Virus record (IMG/VR): IMGVR_UViG_3300045988_126112
Coordinates: 1-64,000 of that record
Source: a virus
DNA: 64,000 nucleotides
Reading direction: 5' to 3' (one strand)
In this document: positions 61,282 to 64,000 of the stretch, in pieces
Layout of the letters: every line of letters starts with the position of its first letter
Position numbering within the stretch: position 1 is the stretch's first letter
Program-made: the position numbers and the translations under genes
Notes under the pieces: model-generated
What the model was told of the DNA's origin: nothing
Database searches by the model: none
Seen by the model: only the letters and a program-made list of their open reading frames with translations

Positions 61282-61291
61282 CTATGTTACT
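61280..61291 (+). promoter_or_regulatory. TTCTATGTTACT 12-mer (copy 3 of 3)
   Basis: Exact 12-mer directly after the terminator T-run, in the same context as copy 1. Confidence 0.4.
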
Positions 61292-61348
61292 ACAATAAAG
61301 TATATATAATGATACATTTAAGAAATTGTAAAAGTTTATTATTATATT

Positions 61349-61358
61349 TATATATTAT
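61349..61358 (+). promoter_or_regulatory. ATATATTATA promoter-like motif
   Basis: Exact 10-mer 55 nt upstream of ATG 61404. Confidence 0.45.
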
Positions 61359-61403
61359 ATTAGTAAGAAGTATAAATATTATATTATATAAGGGGGAAAT
61401 AAT

Positions 61404-61628
61404 ATGTGTAAAAAATTAATAACAGACAGAGGAATAATTTGGGAGTATAATATTGAATTAGTGAAAGTTTTTATAGAAACATTTGGAAGAGCTCCAAAAA
61501 CTAAAGAAATAGTTAATGGAGTAAAACTAGGTCAATTTTGGAATAAATGCAAATCAGATAATAAACATAAAAGACTAACTGCAGATAGAAAGGCTACTGT
61601 TGACTATATAATAAATACAATGTTATAA
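61404..61628 (+). CDS. small protein resembling a single helicase-associated (HA) domain
   Basis: WEYNIELVKVFIETFGRAPKTKEIVNGVKLGQFWNKCKSDNKHKRL fits the W..n...l..f....G..P......g..LG.W pattern. The assignment is weak. Confidence 0.6.
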   Translation: MCKKLITDRGIIWEYNIELVKVFIETFGRAPKTKEIVNGVKLGQFWNKCKSDNKHKRLTADRKATVDYIINTML

Positions 61629-61693
61629 GTTTTAGATAAAATGGATGAGTATGAATTACTTGTCCATTTTATTTTTTGTTTTATTTTTTGATT

Positions 61694-61703
61694 ATATATT
61701 ATA
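61694..61703 (+). promoter_or_regulatory. ATATATTATA promoter-like motif
   Basis: Exact 10-mer 33 nt upstream of ATG 61727. Confidence 0.45.
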
Positions 61704-61726
61704 CATATAATAAGGGAGGTGTAGAT

Positions 61727-62401
61727 ATGAAAGATGTTATTAGTTATATATATGAAAATTATAATAGTATGAGTGACACATTATTTACAGCAGGTAACTT
61801 AGCAATAAAATTCTATGTTAAATTTAATTACAATGTACCAAATAAGGGGAAACGTTCTTATTATGGTGAATGTACTTATATGGATAAGAACGGAGATGTG
61901 GGAATGAGTATTCAAAGGAAAATACTTCCCCATCTATCTATAGAAAATAGAATGCTCTTTGAAGGAATGAGTAAGAAAGAGTATATATTAATAAATATAG
62001 GAGATATGTTTTATGTCAATTCTAGATTATCGGCTATGGCTCAAATATTATTAGACGCAAATACATTCAAATATAATTCTAATAATAGATTAGAATTAAT
62101 TAAAGCTCATGAAGAAATATGTATTCAATTATATGGTAAAAGATTGGAAATGATTCCTATAGTAATTAATAGAGAGAATGGACAAATACAGGGAGTTAGA
62201 GTTACTTTACAAGAAGCGAATAATTATACTGATATAACTATAGATGAATTCATGGGTATATATCAGATATTTAAAACTATAGATGTTTATGGTTATGCTG
62301 CATCAATGTTAGCTTTTATGGGCAGACCTGAATTTGGAACAAATAATTATAATATGATTTCTAATAGTTATAATAACAATAATAATTCTCCATTTAAATA
62401 A
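61727..62401 (+). CDS. hypothetical protein
   Basis: SD aagggaggtg precedes ATG 61727. The track start at 61676 lies in the promoter region. Confidence 0.75.
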   Translation: MKDVISYIYENYNSMSDTLFTAGNLAIKFYVKFNYNVPNKGKRSYYGECTYMDKNGDVGMSIQRKILPHLSIENRMLFEGMSKKEYILINIGDMFYVNSRLSAMAQILLDANTFKYNSNNRLELIKAHEEICIQLYGKRLEMIPIVINRENGQIQGVRVTLQEANNYTDITIDEFMGIYQIFKTIDVYGYAASMLAFMGRPEFGTNNYNMISNSYNNNNNSPFK

Positions 62402-62430
62402 CTTATTAATAAAAAAGGGGGAATTAAAAA

Positions 62431-62742
62431 ATGACAGTAATAGAACTATTGAATGCTTTAAAAATAACAGGGGAACTTAGAAAATATTTTCAAGATGCTT
62501 TAAATTATGTAATTGAAGAAGAACAAAATTTCTTAGATATAAATCTTGCAAAAGATATATATCCACATTTAGCAGAGATATATGAACTATCTCCATTAAC
62601 AGTAAAGACTAAGTTTATAAGAATGGTTTGCAACTTCAATAAAGATCATCCTAGAATCTTCAAAAAATATTTTGGTGTAAATACTAAAATGACTGTCAAA
62701 AAAGTTTTAACTTTGATGTTAGTAAAATTAGATGTAAGATAA
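62431..62742 (+). CDS. hypothetical protein
   Basis: 103-aa ORF with SD aaggggga. Confidence 0.75.
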   Translation: MTVIELLNALKITGELRKYFQDALNYVIEEEQNFLDINLAKDIYPHLAEIYELSPLTVKTKFIRMVCNFNKDHPRIFKKYFGVNTKMTVKKVLTLMLVKLDVR

Positions 62743-62750
62743 AACAAAAT

Positions 62751-62785
62751 AGCACAAGGATAAAACTCCTTGTGCTTTATTTTTT
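62751..62785. terminator. bidirectional terminator between convergent genes
   Basis: Stem agcacaagga/tccttgtgct with loop taaaac. It has a T-run downstream and an A-run upstream. Confidence 0.8.
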
Positions 62786-63547
62786 CTAAAATGTGAATAT
62801 CATTGGTTGATTTTTATTTGCAAATGATACATAACTACTTTCAAGTATATCTATAACTTCTACTCTTGATTCAGCTTTAGTACGTAAATCATCTAGTTTT
62901 ATATCTACATTTGCAAATACTGTTTCTAATCCATCATAATATTTAAGTTCTTCATATAAGAATGTAGCTACATCTGCTATAGCTAGACGTTCAAATATCT
63001 CCATTTTAGTTGGAGCTATAGTTTGTAAATTTATGTGTTTTACAAATATCCATAAATAGAATGAATTCCATTGCTTAGTTACATCTATATTAAATGATGA
63101 TTTTAATGCTATTTTATTTGGATATTCAAAGTCTAAATATATACCATTATTATACATAGATATATTATCAGCTGCATTTTGTAAACCAACTATACTTTCT
63201 AAATCCATTGGTTGTACATACCAGTCTGTTATACCATATCCATATGCACCAAATATAGCACTATTTTTTGGTTCATCCCAAGCTATATCTTTTACACCTA
63301 AGATTTTAACTCCTGGTCCAATCTTATCTTCATCTATAATCCAGTAATCACCTTTTTTAGTAGCTATTTCATTTATTTCTACTTTTAAAGCATGAGGAAA
63401 ATATCTAGAAAAAGTTTCTAATGTTTCTTCATTAATAACATTTACCCATTCAGGTTTAGATAATTCTTTTGGTAATTGTAATTGTCTAGTACCTAAACGT
63501 CTTTCTATCTTATTTAACAATCTAGTCATATCATTACTTAAAGCCAT
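62786..63547 (-). CDS. virion morphogenesis protein, possibly T4 gp13-like neck protein
   Basis: The N-terminus LLNKIERRLGTRQLQLPKELSKPEWVNVINEETLETFSRYFP parallels the gp13 N-terminus ..ILRRLGAPIINVEL...I...AL.LY (recalled from memory). SD aggagtga. Confidence 0.4.
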   Translation of the reverse strand: MALSNDMTRLLNKIERRLGTRQLQLPKELSKPEWVNVINEETLETFSRYFPHALKVEINEIATKKGDYWIIDEDKIGPGVKILGVKDIAWDEPKNSAIFGAYGYGITDWYVQPMDLESIVGLQNAADNISMYNNGIYLDFEYPNKIALKSSFNIDVTKQWNSFYLWIFVKHINLQTIAPTKMEIFERLAIADVATFLYEELKYYDGLETVFANVDIKLDDLRTKAESRVEVIDILESSYVSFANKNQPMIFTF

Positions 63548-63560
63548 AATAAATCACTCC

Positions 63561-64000
63561 TTATAGTTTATAGCAATAATTCATTAATTCATTTGTAATA
63601 TAGTTTTCAAGGTTTATTACAAATGAAGTACCTAAATTATCAGAAAGCATAACTTTTGTTCCTCCATCTATAACTTGCACATTTTCATATAAGAATTCTA
63701 GACTGTCTACAACTGAGTTTAAATTAGTTGATTCAGTTTTTACATAGTCTATTACTTCTTTATTAGTTATAGGAACTATAGTACTTGCACTTTCATCTAA
63801 TATAAGTTTATTTCCTTCTATATCTCTATCTAGTTCTTCTATAGATTCATTTACTTTTCCATATTCTCCTAATATCTTTTGCATATAAGCTTTCTTATGA
63901 GAAGGGAATACAACCCAGTCATAAGTAATAAGTCTTATATTTTTTACTTCTGCACCTCTAGAAGTATTTTGCACAGTACCTAAAGCTCTTAAAGAAAATG
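63561..64000 (-). CDS. prohead core protease, T4 gp21-like (S77 family), C-terminal part; 5' end outside window
   Basis: The frame stays open to the window edge, and the track 'M' is an internal GTG. FSLRALGT matches SSRGLGS (catalytic Ser context) and YDWVVFPSHKKA matches VDAVWGPSAPDA of gp21 (recalled from memory). Confidence 0.45.
   Translation of the reverse strand, partial: FSLRALGTVQNTSRGAEVKNIRLITYDWVVFPSHKKAYMQKILGEYGKVNESIEELDRDIEGNKLILDESASTIVPITNKEVIDYVKTESTNLNSVVDSLEFLYENVQVIDGGTKVMLSDNLGTSFVINLENYITNELMNYCYKL

Noticed and set aside
61637-61677. Possible terminator after 61404-61628 (aaaatgga...tccatttt followed by a T-run).
   Set aside because: It has only an ~8-bp A/T-rich stem with a 17-nt loop, which is too weak to call. 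It overlaps the track's spurious start of the next ORF.
5353-61726. N-terminal extensions in the track: starts at 57, 5353, 19537, 24262, 25180, 34764, 38340, 40365, 45273, 55657, 57717, 58132, 61676 and 63974.
   Set aside because: Most of these extended starts overlap or precede the SD, or overlap the upstream gene, and an in-frame ATG sits 5-13 nt after the GGAGG-like SD. I used those downstream starts. For 57 and 63974 the frame is simply open to the window edge, so those genes are partial.
1-64000. CRISPR arrays, tRNA/rRNA genes, integrase/repressor lysogeny module, and transposases or homing endonucleases.
   Set aside because: I saw no regularly spaced direct repeats with spacers and no GC-rich ~75-nt cloverleaf-like islands in the intergenic gaps. 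I also saw no tyrosine or serine recombinase, HNH, GIY-YIG or LAGLIDADG motifs. Absence by eye is not proof, so tRNAscan, Infernal and HMM searches should confirm it.

Overview
This window is a very AT-rich, densely coding segment of a large tailed phage. It has strong GGAGG-type Shine-Dalgarno sites, many stem-loop plus T-run terminators, and no rRNA, tRNA, CRISPR array or integrase that I could see. The host is probably a low-GC Gram-positive bacterium, judging from an NlpC/P60+SH3b endolysin, a lipobox lipoprotein and a TSCPD small protein; this is inference only.

Layout:
- 1-7518: tail-fibre genes and the terminase large subunit.
- 7555-11720: an inverted cassette of seven orphan genes.
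- 11877-17536: small membrane proteins, an Ala-rich fibre and the endolysin.
- 17611-61234: a long replication, recombination and transcription module.
- 62786-64000: minus-strand morphogenesis genes, namely a gp13-like neck protein and a gp21-like prohead protease that is cut by the window edge.

The replication module contains Mre11/SbcD and, 33 kb away, Rad50/SbcC. It also has DnaB-, Dda- and UvsW-like helicases, a two-subunit type IIA topoisomerase, a Dam methyltransferase, a UvsX/RecA-like recombinase and an NAD-dependent ligase.

Most notable observations:
1. An FtsZ/tubulin-family GTPase sits in an operon with two paralogous small proteins.
2. A bacterial-type RNA polymerase beta subunit is split into two genes in permuted order, with the C-half 4 kb upstream of the N-half.
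3. A family-B DNA polymerase gene ends right after motif A, so it is a split or truncated polymerase.
4. The conserved intergenic 10-mer ATATATTATA occurs in at least 17 exact, gene-oriented copies with no -35 box and looks like a phage promoter. A separate 12-mer, TTCTATGTTACT, occurs three times.
5. Two proteins carry Q/P/M-rich low-complexity tracts.

No nuclear-shell (chimallin-like) protein or RNAP beta-prime genes are recognisable in this window.
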